From the NCBI GenBank assembly GCA_051418015.1, contig JBPRGF010000023.1, positions 224,001 through 288,000 of the forward strand: a stretch of 64,000 nt of DNA, given 5' to 3'. Position numbers and translations under genes: made by a program. The notes below the pieces were generated by a model. It was not told the DNA's origin. It searched no databases and was given only the letters and a program-made list of their open reading frames with translations. Each line of letters opens with the position of its first letter. Positions within the stretch are counted from its first letter, which is position 1. This DNA comes from Candidatus Nitrospinota bacterium M3_3B_026 (GTDB lineage: Bacteria > Nitrospinota_A > UBA7883 > JBPRGF01). Shown piece after piece: positions 8,745 to 18,895 of this stretch.

Positions 8745-11110
8745 GACCCCAAAACCCCCGCCTCGCCAAGCGTTTTGAAAATCTCCTGGAAGCGTTTTTC
8801 GAGGGTATGGTTTTCGATTACCTTTCTATATCCCGCCTCCGCCACGCGCTCCCGCTCTTCCGGGTGGTCAAGGTAATACCGCGCCTTCTCCCGCGCCTCC
8901 TCCGGCGTCGAGTAACAGGCGAAGTCCTCCCCCTCCGCAAGGACACCCTCCCAGGCCGCGCGCCGCTCGGCCAGGGCGAACCCGCCGCAGGCCATGATCT
9001 CCAGCGCCCTCAGGGGGGCGGCGTCCCACGGGGCGGCGGCGTCATGGGCGAGGTTTACCTTCGCATTGAAGTAGATATCGGGGTATGACTCCGGGTCAAA
9101 CGGGCGCCAGTAATCCCCGGCGCTCCCGGAGGCGGCGGAGAATAAATCGCCCAGCCCTTCGGCGACGGCTCCCAGAATTCTCGCGGAAACCTCCTCGCCC
9201 AGGATGGCCTGGATATCCTCCTCCGAAAAAACCCCGCCGAGAGGCGGCGCGCCTTGCGCCTCCTCCTCCCACAGCCTTGGTATTATCCAGTCCCCGTAGT
9301 TTTCAAGCTGCCGCTCCATTATCCGCCGGAACCCGCGAAGCCACCCGAAAAGCGCGTCCTTGCTCTCCACCGGAAGGCCGCGTCCCGTAAGTTCTTTCTT
9401 TATCCGCTCCATAAAGCCGGGGTACCTGTTTTCCCACTCCGGCCGTTCGAGATAGAGAACAGCCGCCTCCCGTTTCGAGTTCAGCGCGCCGCGTTTTACC
9501 ACGCCAGTGTCCACTCCGGGGGGGAGAACGTGGACGTTCTCAGCGCCAAGCCTCTTGTAGCGCGCAAGCTCCGAAGGCGACGAGCTGAATATGAAGATAG
9601 TTTTGTCCATAAGGCCGCGCCGCCACTCGATCTTTCCCCGCCGCCTGCCGTACTCCCACGCCGCGTATGGTATCCCCATCAGCGCCATCCTTTCGGCGAC
9701 TCTGAAATCGTAGACCGGCGTGATGAAAACCTCCGGCGCGAAGTCCCGCAAGACCAGCTCCTGGGACCACGTGACCCCGCCCTTCTCCGCCATGGGGATC
9801 TCGATCACGGAGTTTCCGATCCGCTCCAGGACGTCGAGCCAGCCGAAGGAGGAGGCATGGCCGCAGGCCAGCGCCACGCGGCGGCCGCCGCGCTCACGCG
9901 AGACGTGGAAGGGGGGCTCCCCGGGAAAGGGGAAAGGATGGAGTTCGTCCGGATCAGCGGGAAGCTCGGCGTCTGGATCAAGCTCCCTCGCCTTGCGCAG
10001 GGCCGCGGCGGCGGTGTCGTTCATGCCCGCCATAACGGCCAGCTCGGCGCGCTTCAAGACACCCGCGGCGATCATCCGGTTGAGCTTTTTCCTGTAAGGA
10101 TACGACGCCTTCGCGCCCGGCGCGGTTTTCTCCGCCACGAGGTATATCGACCATTCGTTCTGGCACGTCCCCTGCTCCACAATGGACAGGCCGGGGATGA
10201 GAGAGACCAGGGAACAGAGTGATGCGCGGGTGAAGGCGCTCTTGTGGGCCGGGTCTGCGCGCAGGGTGTCGAACGCCTCGTCGTCGGGCAGGACCAGCCC
10301 CAGGACGCCGCCGGGTTTCAACACGCGCGTCCATTCCGAGAGCGCCCTGACGGGGTCGGCATAATGCTCCAGGTTGTGGCGGGCGATAACGTAGTCCAAC
10401 GAGTCATCGGCGAACATGTAAAGATTGTCCCCGCTGGCCTGGACGTCCGCCTGGGAGGTCATCTGTCTCTGGCTGGTCTCGGCCCCGCTCTTCCCCGGCG
10501 GTGTGATGTCAACCCCTATGGCCTCCGGGCTCGTCTTCGCCCCGCCGCATCCCACGTCGATCCCCCTGCCCTCGACCAGGGGCAGCATCGGCTCGGCCTC
10601 GGGATTAAGATGGCGGTGGGTGTTTTTCATCATCGTGTTGGCCAGGTTCAGGACGATCCTGGCGTCCTTGTGGTTCGCGTTGACCTTCACGGCCTCGGTC
10701 CACTTCATGAACGCCCGGCCCCAGGCGCCCATGACGTAGTCCGCCACGCCCGCCAGGAACCACAGCTCGCCATAGCCCTCGAAGCGGGTCAGCGCCTTCT
10801 CGAAATATTTCGACGCCTCGTGGTAGCTCTTGTGATAGAAGAGGATTTTTCCCAGCAGGTAGTCCAGCTCGAAAGAGCGGGTCAGGAAGTCGCGCTCCGC
10901 CTCGGTTTCGGCGACCGACTCGAAAACGACGTCCGTGTTCCCCTGCGCCGCCTCCCTGACAAGATACTCAAAAGCCTTCCTCTCCACCTCGCCGAGGTCT
11001 TCCGGGACGACGGGGATGTCCGCGTAGTCCGGCGGCCCGGAAAGGATCTCGTCGATGAGCTTGGCGAGCATGTCCGGCGCGTCGCCGGGCCTGATGTAAA
11101 GATCGGTCAT
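8741..11110 (-). CDS. TPR + class I SAM methyltransferase + CgeB-like glycosyltransferase fusion
   Basis: TPR-like helices, then GIDVGCG...ARHNLEH...WTRVLKPGG (methyltransferase), then LRALEIMACGGF...ENHTLEKR (CgeB-like). Confidence 0.82.
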   Translation of the reverse strand: MTDLYIRPGDAPDMLAKLIDEILSGPPDYADIPVVPEDLGEVERKAFEYLVREAAQGNTDVVFESVAETEAERDFLTRSFELDYLLGKILFYHKSYHEASKYFEKALTRFEGYGELWFLAGVADYVMGAWGRAFMKWTEAVKVNANHKDARIVLNLANTMMKNTHRHLNPEAEPMLPLVEGRGIDVGCGGAKTSPEAIGVDITPPGKSGAETSQRQMTSQADVQASGDNLYMFADDSLDYVIARHNLEHYADPVRALSEWTRVLKPGGVLGLVLPDDEAFDTLRADPAHKSAFTRASLCSLVSLIPGLSIVEQGTCQNEWSIYLVAEKTAPGAKASYPYRKKLNRMIAAGVLKRAELAVMAGMNDTAAAALRKARELDPDAELPADPDELHPFPFPGEPPFHVSRERGGRRVALACGHASSFGWLDVLERIGNSVIEIPMAEKGGVTWSQELVLRDFAPEVFITPVYDFRVAERMALMGIPYAAWEYGRRRGKIEWRRGLMDKTIFIFSSSPSELARYKRLGAENVHVLPPGVDTGVVKRGALNSKREAAVLYLERPEWENRYPGFMERIKKELTGRGLPVESKDALFGWLRGFRRIMERQLENYGDWIIPRLWEEEAQGAPPLGGVFSEEDIQAILGEEVSARILGAVAEGLGDLFSAASGSAGDYWRPFDPESYPDIYFNAKVNLAHDAAAPWDAAPLRALEIMACGGFALAERRAAWEGVLAEGEDFACYSTPEEAREKARYYLDHPEERERVAEAGYRKVIENHTLEKRFQEIFKTLGEAGVLGS

Positions 11111-11157
11111 GGCTCCTTCAGGCGGGCTCTTCGGCCCGCCCCCCGGCGCGCCCCCTG

Positions 11158-13716
11158 TCAGCTCCAGCTCGCAAGGCCCGGCTCGATCCTGTTGAACATG
11201 CTCGGGTGGGTGGGGAGAACGCGGATTGAAAAGCCGTGGCGGCCGCTTTCAGTAAGCGGTATGGCGCCCTTGAACATCGCCCTGTGGCTGTCCAGCTCCT
11301 CGAAGACCATCGGGGCGGGTTTGCCCTCCACCAGCCGATCGTTGTAGTCCAGCGCGCCGTAGTACAGCTCCACCCTCAGGTCCTCCGGCTTCAGGCGGCC
11401 GAGACGGATGAACGCCGCCACCTCCAGCATCCTGCCCACGTACAGGTCCCCGTCACCGTCCTTCTGCCTCACTTCTTCTATGGCCACCTGCGCCCACTGG
11501 TCGTAAAGCTCCCTTTTCCACGCGGCCAGTTCCTTGAGCTTTTTTCTGTCTTCCCCTTTAAGCTCCCTGATCCTGCTGACGCAGGGCAGGTAGAAATACG
11601 TGGTGTAGTTTCTTACCATCCTGTTGGTGTTGAAGACCGCGTTGAGCTTCGATATCGAGGATTTCACCATTTTTATCCAGCCCCGGGGCATGTCATCCCT
11701 TCCGCGGCCGTAAAACAGCGGCACGATCTCTTTTTCCAGCATGTCGTAGAGCGCCCTGGACTCTATCTGGTCCTGCTCGGCGGTGTCGGTGTACTCCTCG
11801 CCGCGGCCGATGGCCCAGCCCGTGTCCACGCTGTAGCCCTCGCACCACCAGCCGTCCAGCACCGAGAAGTTCAGGGCTCCGTTTGCGGCGGCTTTCATGC
11901 CCGACGTGCCCGAGGCCTCCATTGGCCGGCGAGGGTTGTTCAGCCAGACGTCGACGCCCTGGACCATGTACCTTGCGACGTTGATGTCGTAGTTTTCCAG
12001 GAAGACCACCTTGTCGCGCAGGTCCTCGTCGCGGGCCCAGTGGACTATGTTCTTGATGAGGGTTTTCCCTTCGTGGTCGCGGGGATGGGCCTTGCCGGCG
12101 AAGATGATCTGGACGGGCCTGTCCTTGTCGCAGAGGATGGACTTGAGCCTCTCCATGTCCGTGAAGATGAGATTGCCGCGCTTGTACGTGGCGAAGCGCC
12201 TGCCGAAGCCGATGGTCAGGGCGTCCGCCCGGAGCGCCTCGTCCGCCAGCCGAACCTCCACCGCCGGGGCGCCCCTCTTCCTGAGCTGCTCCTTGAGCCT
12301 CTCCCTGGCGAAGCCGACGAGCCTCTCCCTCCTTCGCTCATGTGTGCGCCACAGCTCGGCGTCGGGGATGTCCTGGATCCTTTTCCAGACGCTGTCGTTG
12401 GCCGGCTCGTGGACCCAGTGCAGGCCGAGATACCTGTCGAACAGCGTCCACATGTCGTCGGATATCCAGGAGCGGATATGCGCGCCGTTGGTGATGGCCC
12501 GGATGGGGACATCGTGGGCGTCCAGGCCTTTGTAGATGTCCGCCCACATCTTCTTGGACACCTTGCTGTGAAGCTGGGAGACCCCGTTGGTGAAAGACGA
12601 CAGCTTCATGGCCAGGACGGTCATGCAGAACGGCTCCTGGTCGTTGTCCGGGTTCTGCCTGCCGAGAGAGAGGAAACTCTTGTGGTCCACCCCGAGGTCC
12701 CGCTGATAGTCCCCGAAATACTTGCTGATCAACTGGGGGCTGAACATGTCGTTGCCGGCGGGGACGGGGGTGTGGGTGGTGAAGACCGAGGAGGCTATCA
12801 TCTCCTCCCTCGCCTCGTCGAAGGTGTACCCCTCCTCTTTCACAAGCCGCCTGATTCTCTCCAGCGCCAGGAAGGCGGAATGGCCCTCGTTCATATGGTA
12901 AACCTCGGGCTCGATCCCCATCGTCCGCAGCGCTATCACACCCCCCATGCCGAGCATTATCTCCTGCCTGATCCGCGTCTCTATGTCCCCTCCGTAGAGC
13001 TGGTGGGTGATGGCCCTGTCTTCGGGGCTGTTCTCGGGGACGTTGCTGTCCAACAGGAAAAGGGGCGTCCTGCCCACCTGGGCGCGCCATACCCTGGCCG
13101 TCACATCCCTCCCGGGATAGGGGACTTTTATCTTGATCTCGTTCCCCTCGTCATCGGTTTCGGGGAAGATGGGCATGTTGTAAAAATCGTTTGGGGGGTA
13201 AAACTCCTGCTGCCAGCCGTCGGGGTTCAGGTATTGCTGGAAATAGCCCTCGGAGTAGAGCAGGCCCATCCCCACCAGCGGCAGGCCCAGGTCGGAGGCG
13301 GACTTGAGATGGTCCCCGGCCAGGATCCCAAGCCCGCCGGAGTATATCGGCAGGCACTCGTTTATTCCGTACTCGGCGGAGAAATAGGCGATTCTCACGT
13401 CGCCGATCTTGGGCTGGCTCGTCTTCTGGAACCAGAAGGATGACTCCATGTAGTCGGTCAGGTCATAGAGGACGCGGTCCATGTGCGTCGTGAACCCGTC
13501 GTCTTCGGCCAGCTGGTCGAGCCGGGACTGGCTGATGAGGCCCAGCAGCCGGACCGGGTTGTGATAGGTCTCGTTCCAGAGCGCCGGGTCCAGCCGCCGC
13601 CACAGCTGCACCGCGTCCGGGTGCCACGTCCACCACAGGTTTCTGGAAAGGCCCGCCAGCGGCTTCAACCGCTCCGGCAGGGAAGGGTGAATCATGTACT
13701 CTACGATCTTGCGCAT
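11158..13716 (-). CDS. glgP: Alpha-glucan (glycogen) phosphorylase
   Basis: YSGGLGILAGDHLKSASDL, HMNEGH and the PLP-lysine motif EASGTSGMKA. Confidence 0.97.
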   Translation of the reverse strand: MRKIVEYMIHPSLPERLKPLAGLSRNLWWTWHPDAVQLWRRLDPALWNETYHNPVRLLGLISQSRLDQLAEDDGFTTHMDRVLYDLTDYMESSFWFQKTSQPKIGDVRIAYFSAEYGINECLPIYSGGLGILAGDHLKSASDLGLPLVGMGLLYSEGYFQQYLNPDGWQQEFYPPNDFYNMPIFPETDDEGNEIKIKVPYPGRDVTARVWRAQVGRTPLFLLDSNVPENSPEDRAITHQLYGGDIETRIRQEIMLGMGGVIALRTMGIEPEVYHMNEGHSAFLALERIRRLVKEEGYTFDEAREEMIASSVFTTHTPVPAGNDMFSPQLISKYFGDYQRDLGVDHKSFLSLGRQNPDNDQEPFCMTVLAMKLSSFTNGVSQLHSKVSKKMWADIYKGLDAHDVPIRAITNGAHIRSWISDDMWTLFDRYLGLHWVHEPANDSVWKRIQDIPDAELWRTHERRRERLVGFARERLKEQLRKRGAPAVEVRLADEALRADALTIGFGRRFATYKRGNLIFTDMERLKSILCDKDRPVQIIFAGKAHPRDHEGKTLIKNIVHWARDEDLRDKVVFLENYDINVARYMVQGVDVWLNNPRRPMEASGTSGMKAAANGALNFSVLDGWWCEGYSVDTGWAIGRGEEYTDTAEQDQIESRALYDMLEKEIVPLFYGRGRDDMPRGWIKMVKSSISKLNAVFNTNRMVRNYTTYFYLPCVSRIRELKGEDRKKLKELAAWKRELYDQWAQVAIEEVRQKDGDGDLYVGRMLEVAAFIRLGRLKPEDLRVELYYGALDYNDRLVEGKPAPMVFEELDSHRAMFKGAIPLTESGRHGFSIRVLPTHPSMFNRIEPGLASWS

Positions 13717-13823
13717 ACCATAAATTCTCCAGGCGCCGGCCGCTCGCCGCGAAAGCCGGCCTCGGTGGATTTCAATGAAAAAGCATAAGGCCCTGCCGCC
13801 TCGTCATGAACGTTTATTGTAGA

Positions 13824-15353
13824 TCAACCCGGCGCCACTTCAAACCTTTCCTGGTGGAGCTTGTAGTCCGTGTTCACGAATATCCTGGCATCAAGCTCTT
13901 TTTCAAGCCGGTCCAGGTGGCCCGGCTCCTCCTCGAACATCAGGTCGGCAACTCCGGGGGGAACCATGACCTTTATGTCGCGCCTTCCTCCCGGAAGCTT
14001 GCCCGCCACGCGCTGTATCTCCCGGTACACCTCGTATAACACCGTGGCGCTCGACTTCACGGCGCCCCTCCCCTCGCAGTAAGGGCACATGGTGGTAAGT
14101 GAGCGGGAAAGAGACTCCCTCACGCGCTTCCTGGTCATCTCCACCAAGCCCAGCTCGGATATCTTCAGGATGTTCGAGCGCGACCTGTCGCCCTTCAGCG
14201 CCTGGGCCAGGGCGGAGTAGACCTTCTCCTTGCTCTCGTCACGCTCCATGTCTATGAAATCTATTATGATAAGCCCGCCGATGTTCCTGAGGCGCAGTTG
14301 GTAGACTATCTCCCTGACCGCCTCGAGGTTCGTCTTCAGGATGGTCTCTTCCTGGTCGGTCTTGCCGACGTACCTTCCGGTGTTGACGTCCACGGTGGTC
14401 AGCGCCTCGGTCTGGTCGATGACGATGTAGCCGCCGGACTTGAGCCAGACCTTGCGCTCCAGGGCGCGCTCTATTTCCAGCTCCAGGCCGTACACGTCGA
14501 ACAGAGGCTCCCTGCCGGAATAGAACCTCACCCTGTCCTCGATGTCCGGCAGGTACGAGCGGCAGAAGGCGGCCGTCCGCCTGTATTCCTCCTCGTCGTC
14601 GATCACCACGCTCTCAAAATCCAGGCCGAAAATGTCGCGTATCGCCCTCTGGATGATGTTGAGGTCCTGGTAAATGGGGCTCGGCGCGGGGGCGGACTCG
14701 TAGCGCTCCTTTATGACGGCCCACAGCTTGTCCAGAAACTCTATGTCCGATTCGAGGTCCTCCTCCCCCACTCCCTCGGCGGCGGTGCGGACTATGTAGC
14801 CGGAGAGGTTTTTCTTGAGCCGCCGAACGATCTCTCTGAGCCTTTTGCGCTCGGCCTCGTTCTCGATCCTCCGGGAGACGCCGACCTGGTTCACCACTGG
14901 CATATAGACAAGGTGCCTGCCGGGAAGGGTTATGTAGCTTGTGATCCTGGCCCCCTTGGCGCCCATGGGGTCCTTGGAGACCTGGGCCATGATCTCGTCC
15001 CCTTCGCTCAGTATGTCCTCTATGGACTGGCTTTCAGGGCGCTGCATGTCCTGCTCCAGCTCCACCTCCTCCCCGTTCTCCCCCCCGTTCGAGCCGGCGC
15101 CGAGGTATCCGGAAAGGTTCCTGCCGGAGGGGTTCACGTCCGAGACGTACAGGAAACCGGCCTTGGGCAGGCCAATGTCAACGAAGGCCACCTGCATCCC
15201 CGGCAAGACCTTCGTAACCCGGCCCTTGTATATGGAGCCGACTATCCCCTGTTCGGACTTGCGCTCTATGAAAAGCTCCACGATGGCCCCGTTCTCCAGG
15301 ACAGCGACCCTGGTCTCGCGGGACGTCACGTTGCATACTATGTTGGACGACAC
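13824..15353 (-). CDS. rng: Ribonuclease G (Rne/Rng family)
   Basis: S1 domain IYKGRVTKVLPGMQVAFVDIG, DVNTG, RLRNIGGLIIIDFIDM and Zn-link CPYCEG. At 509 aa it lacks the RNase E scaffold. Confidence 0.93.
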   Translation of the reverse strand: MSSNIVCNVTSRETRVAVLENGAIVELFIERKSEQGIVGSIYKGRVTKVLPGMQVAFVDIGLPKAGFLYVSDVNPSGRNLSGYLGAGSNGGENGEEVELEQDMQRPESQSIEDILSEGDEIMAQVSKDPMGAKGARITSYITLPGRHLVYMPVVNQVGVSRRIENEAERKRLREIVRRLKKNLSGYIVRTAAEGVGEEDLESDIEFLDKLWAVIKERYESAPAPSPIYQDLNIIQRAIRDIFGLDFESVVIDDEEEYRRTAAFCRSYLPDIEDRVRFYSGREPLFDVYGLELEIERALERKVWLKSGGYIVIDQTEALTTVDVNTGRYVGKTDQEETILKTNLEAVREIVYQLRLRNIGGLIIIDFIDMERDESKEKVYSALAQALKGDRSRSNILKISELGLVEMTRKRVRESLSRSLTTMCPYCEGRGAVKSSATVLYEVYREIQRVAGKLPGGRRDIKVMVPPGVADLMFEEEPGHLDRLEKELDARIFVNTDYKLHQERFEVAPG

Positions 15354-15457
15354 TTCCCAAAACTCATTAAAATGAAACCATTTGTGGAAAATTCTAACAC
15401 AGGCCGCGCCAGCCTATGGCGGCGGGGGCCTTTTTTTCACCGCGCGGAGGTTTGCCA

Positions 15458-15877
15458 ATGACGGTCACGACCAGTTCTTTCAGCTTGGGAACACAGGGTT
15501 TCTCGGACATCATCGACATCACCGGCGAGGTGGAAAGGGCCGTGAAAGAATCAGGCGCGAGATCGGGCAGCGTCCTGGTCTTCGTCCCGGGCTCCACCGC
15601 CGGGATCACTACCATAGAGTACGAGTCCGGCGCCGTCTCGGATCTGGAGGCGGCGATAGACAGGCTGGTCCCGAGAAACATCCATTACAGCCACGACGCC
15701 CGCTGGGGCGACGGCAACGGTTTTTCCCATGTTCGCGCCGCGCTCATGGGCGCCTCCTTCACAGCGCCTTTCGACAACGGCCGGCTGCTGACGGGAACGT
15801 GGCAGCAAATCGTCCTGGTAGACTTCGACAACAGGCCGAGAAGGCGGGACGTGATCGTCCAGGTCCAGGGGGAGTGA
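15458..15877 (+). CDS. YjbQ/UPF0047 family protein
   Basis: YSHDARWGDGNGFSHVRAALMG and GTWQQIVLVDFD motifs. ATG 15458 follows GGAGG. Confidence 0.9.
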   Translation: MTVTTSSFSLGTQGFSDIIDITGEVERAVKESGARSGSVLVFVPGSTAGITTIEYESGAVSDLEAAIDRLVPRNIHYSHDARWGDGNGFSHVRAALMGASFTAPFDNGRLLTGTWQQIVLVDFDNRPRRRDVIVQVQGE

Positions 15878-15989
15878 CAACCGGCGCCCCGGGAATGAAC
15901 TCTGCCCGGATATCGGGTACAATACGGGCTTCAAGCGCGTCTTTTAATGCTTTGCCGATAAAGGGAATCGAGAGCGTGAGGAGGTTGTG

Positions 15990-16883
15990 ATGCCGGACAT
16001 GAGGGTGGGGTTTATCGGGCTTGGCGCCATGGGCGCCCGCATGGCGAAAAACATCCATGAAAAAGGCTTCAAGCTCAACGTCTATAACAGGACGCCCTCC
16101 CGCGCCGAGCCTTTCAAGAATCTCGGGGCCGGCGTCTACGGCTCGCCTTCGGCCCTCGCCGAAAACAGCGAGATCATAATCATCATGGTCACGGGCCCGG
16201 ACGCCCTCCACGAGGTGGTGGAGGCGGAGAACGGCGTGGCCGCGGGCGTGGGCGAAGGAGCCGTGGTCGTGAACATGAGTACCGTCTCCTACGGCGCCAC
16301 GATGCGGGCCTCGGCGGAGATATCCTGCAGGAAGGCCGCCTTCGTCGACGCGCCGGTCTCCGGCTCCATAAAACCCGCGGAGGAGGGAAGGCTGGTGATC
16401 CTCGCCAGCGGCGAAAAGGCCATGGTGGACAGGGTGGAGCCCGTGCTGAACGCCATGGGGGAGCAGATCGTCTACCTCGGCGGCGTGGGTAAGGGGACGA
16501 ACATGAAACTGGCCGTGAACATCCTCCTCGCCGGCATGGTCCAGGCCCTGGCCGAGTCCCTGACGCTGGGCCGGAGGCTTGGCCTCAGGCTTGCCGACAT
16601 GCTGAGGGTCATAGAGTCCGGCGGGATGTCCTCGCCGCTTTACAAGGCCAAGGGAGACGCCATATTGAATGGTGACTTCTCGAAAAAGTTCCCCGTCAGC
16701 CTGGCTTTCAAGGACCTCAGCCTTGCCCTGGACGCCGCCGGGGACGCCTGCGTCCCCCTCCCCGTGACAGCCGCCGCCAGGGAGATGTACAACGCCGCCA
16801 TGGCCCGCGGGCTGGGGGACGAGGATTTCGCGGCGGTCGTAAAGGTAATGGAAAGCCTCGCCGGGGCGAAAAACACGGGCTGA
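15990..16883 (+). CDS. NAD(P)-dependent oxidoreductase of the beta-hydroxyacid dehydrogenase (3-hydroxyisobutyrate/tartronate semialdehyde reductase) family
   Basis: GFIGLGAMG, YNRT, DAPVSG and the catalytic lysine in MKLAVN. Confidence 0.9.
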   Translation: MPDMRVGFIGLGAMGARMAKNIHEKGFKLNVYNRTPSRAEPFKNLGAGVYGSPSALAENSEIIIIMVTGPDALHEVVEAENGVAAGVGEGAVVVNMSTVSYGATMRASAEISCRKAAFVDAPVSGSIKPAEEGRLVILASGEKAMVDRVEPVLNAMGEQIVYLGGVGKGTNMKLAVNILLAGMVQALAESLTLGRRLGLRLADMLRVIESGGMSSPLYKAKGDAILNGDFSKKFPVSLAFKDLSLALDAAGDACVPLPVTAAAREMYNAAMARGLGDEDFAAVVKVMESLAGAKNTG

Positions 16884-17069
16884 CAGGAAACCCGCCGCCG
16901 GCCCCCCGCTTTAGCCGTTCCCGGAAGGGGCGCTCCGTCAAGACTTCGTTGATTTTCAGTCCGTTGCCGTGCCGCGTTTATTATATTACTTGATACCGCT
17001 TGACATGCCGTATGAATGGGTGATTTAATTAGCGATGACAGTTGAAAAGGGGCATGAGACTGATCTGAC

Positions 17070-18014
17070 ATGAGTAGACCTGCGTTTACATCACTGATCC
17101 TGGCGGCGGGCATGATTGGCCACTGGCTGTTCGCGGGCGCCGCCTACGCCATGCCCAACTACGCCCGGGACGCGGGCGTCTCCTGCTTCAGCTGCCATTC
17201 CAAGCCGGCCAAGGAGCTTGGCGCGGCGTCTATACTGCCGGCGCAGGAGACCGGCAGCCGGGTCTACTCCGTCCCGGTGGGAGGCGTGCAGGCGGGTTTG
17301 TCCATCCATAAAACGCCGGGTATCGGCGGCGAGTCGAAAACCGGCTTGGCCGGGGATCTTTCCTTTTCAGATATCGCGCGGGACAACGCCCTGAACGGCG
17401 GCGAGGTGACCGGGCTTTCCGGCGTCGTGAACAGCGAGAATTTCATGGCCAGCTTGAGCCTGTTGAAACCGAACGGCTCAGCCGGCGACGCCGGGGAAGA
17501 CAGCCTGGCCCTGAGATACCGGTTCGCGTTCACTCCCAGGCTCGGGGGGATCGACTTCACCTTCGGCCTTTTCGGCGAGTCCAGGGCCGCGGGCGGCGTG
17601 GGCAGCCTGGGAGAGGGGGATTCTCCCCTGGAGCGCCCCAGGGCCTTCGGCCTGGACGCCGGGATGGGAGGCTGGATCGGCTCCGTGACCCTTGACCTGA
17701 AAGCCATGTACGTGAACTCAAGGGACGGCGAGCTTTTCACCGGCAAAACAACGGCGCTTGGCGATACGGTGGACGGCTACGGCGCCGCGGCCGAGGTTGG
17801 TTTCGACAGGAAGTTCGGCCTCAGCGCGGCCTACAGGACCTACAAGGGAAGGAACGTGGCCGGAGAGGCGACCGAGGACATGGCCAGTATTGGCGCGTGG
17901 GTGAGCCTGTCCGGCGACACGACGCTGGAGTCGCAGTACACCGCCTTCGGCTCCGACAGGAAGTTTTTCACCGACGAGGGCGCGTTCACCCTCCTTTTCA
18001 TAACAGGCTTCTGA
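17070..18014 (+). CDS. Cyc2-like fused monoheme cytochrome c-porin (short form)
   Basis: Signal peptide ending AAYA, immediately followed by MPNYARDAGVSCFSCH (single CxxCH). The rest is beta-strand rich and ends in Phe. Confidence 0.65.
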   Translation: MSRPAFTSLILAAGMIGHWLFAGAAYAMPNYARDAGVSCFSCHSKPAKELGAASILPAQETGSRVYSVPVGGVQAGLSIHKTPGIGGESKTGLAGDLSFSDIARDNALNGGEVTGLSGVVNSENFMASLSLLKPNGSAGDAGEDSLALRYRFAFTPRLGGIDFTFGLFGESRAAGGVGSLGEGDSPLERPRAFGLDAGMGGWIGSVTLDLKAMYVNSRDGELFTGKTTALGDTVDGYGAAAEVGFDRKFGLSAAYRTYKGRNVAGEATEDMASIGAWVSLSGDTTLESQYTAFGSDRKFFTDEGAFTLLFITGF

Positions 18015-18071
18015 TCTCCCCGGAGAACGGGCGCCGCGGCGGACGGGGGGCGATCGGCGGCGGCTTTCCTT

Positions 18072-18830
18072 TCAGGAACGCTCGCGGGGCAGGGGAACGG
18101 CCAACTCGCTGTCTATCCTGTCAAACAGCCTGTTGGTAATCACGATGCTAGGTCTGGCGGGAGCCCATCGCCTGCCTTCGATCACCTGCGCGAAAGGGAC
18201 AACCATCACCCGCGTCATGACCCCGCGGTCCAGCGCCCGGATGGTATACCTGTAGCGGATCTTGATCTCGAGGGCGCTGAGCGGGCTCAAGGCCAGCAGG
18301 CCCTTCTCGCTTTTTTCGTCGTATATCCAGTCCGTGATGATGATCCCGCTGGACCTGTCCACGGTCTCGAGCGGCATGTCCAGGAACGCTTCCAGCATCC
18401 GCTCCCACACCACGCCGAAACTCAAAAGATAGTCTTTCTCCACGGCGTTGTTGTCGTAGGTGACCACCCTGACGGGGCGGGCGTTCTCATCGATCGTCGG
18501 CGCCAGGGCCTCGGAGCTCTTTTCCTCCACGACGTCATAATACGACGACCCAGAGCCCGCGCCATCCCCCATCTCCTGTATCTTGACGACCTTCGGACGG
18601 CTCAGCGCCGTCCTCCTGGCCTCTTCGGGGGTTATGGGGCTCGCGGGAGCCTTCAACAGGCCGGCCGGGGCGACCGTCTCCCCGCCGGGGTCGCTCCCGC
18701 GCCGCGGCGCGGTCTTGTCCGTTTCCTCGTTTTTCCATACAAGCTTTTGCGGCAGAGACTCGCACCCCGCCGAAAAGGCGAAAAGCGCGGCCAGGGCGAT
18801 CCAGCCCGGAAATTTGAATGGTCGTGTCAT
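18072..18830 (-). CDS. Lipoprotein with a DUF3576/BamC-like C-terminal domain
   Basis: ATG 18830, lipobox FSAG-C and the motif WERMLEAFLDMPLETVDRSSGIIITDW. Confidence 0.65.
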   Translation of the reverse strand: MTRPFKFPGWIALAALFAFSAGCESLPQKLVWKNEETDKTAPRRGSDPGGETVAPAGLLKAPASPITPEEARRTALSRPKVVKIQEMGDGAGSGSSYYDVVEEKSSEALAPTIDENARPVRVVTYDNNAVEKDYLLSFGVVWERMLEAFLDMPLETVDRSSGIIITDWIYDEKSEKGLLALSPLSALEIKIRYRYTIRALDRGVMTRVMVVPFAQVIEGRRWAPARPSIVITNRLFDRIDSELAVPLPRERS

Positions 18831-18895
18831 GTCTCGATCCGGAAAATCTAAATGTTTTAATTTATTTGGGAAGAAGCGAGGCGTCAAGGAAAAAG

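Noticed and set aside
16950..17050. Fur or FNR box in the AT-rich region upstream of the Cyc2-like gene (and at 55330-55348 before gspC)
   Set aside because: Only partial half-sites are present, with no convincing palindrome matching either consensus.
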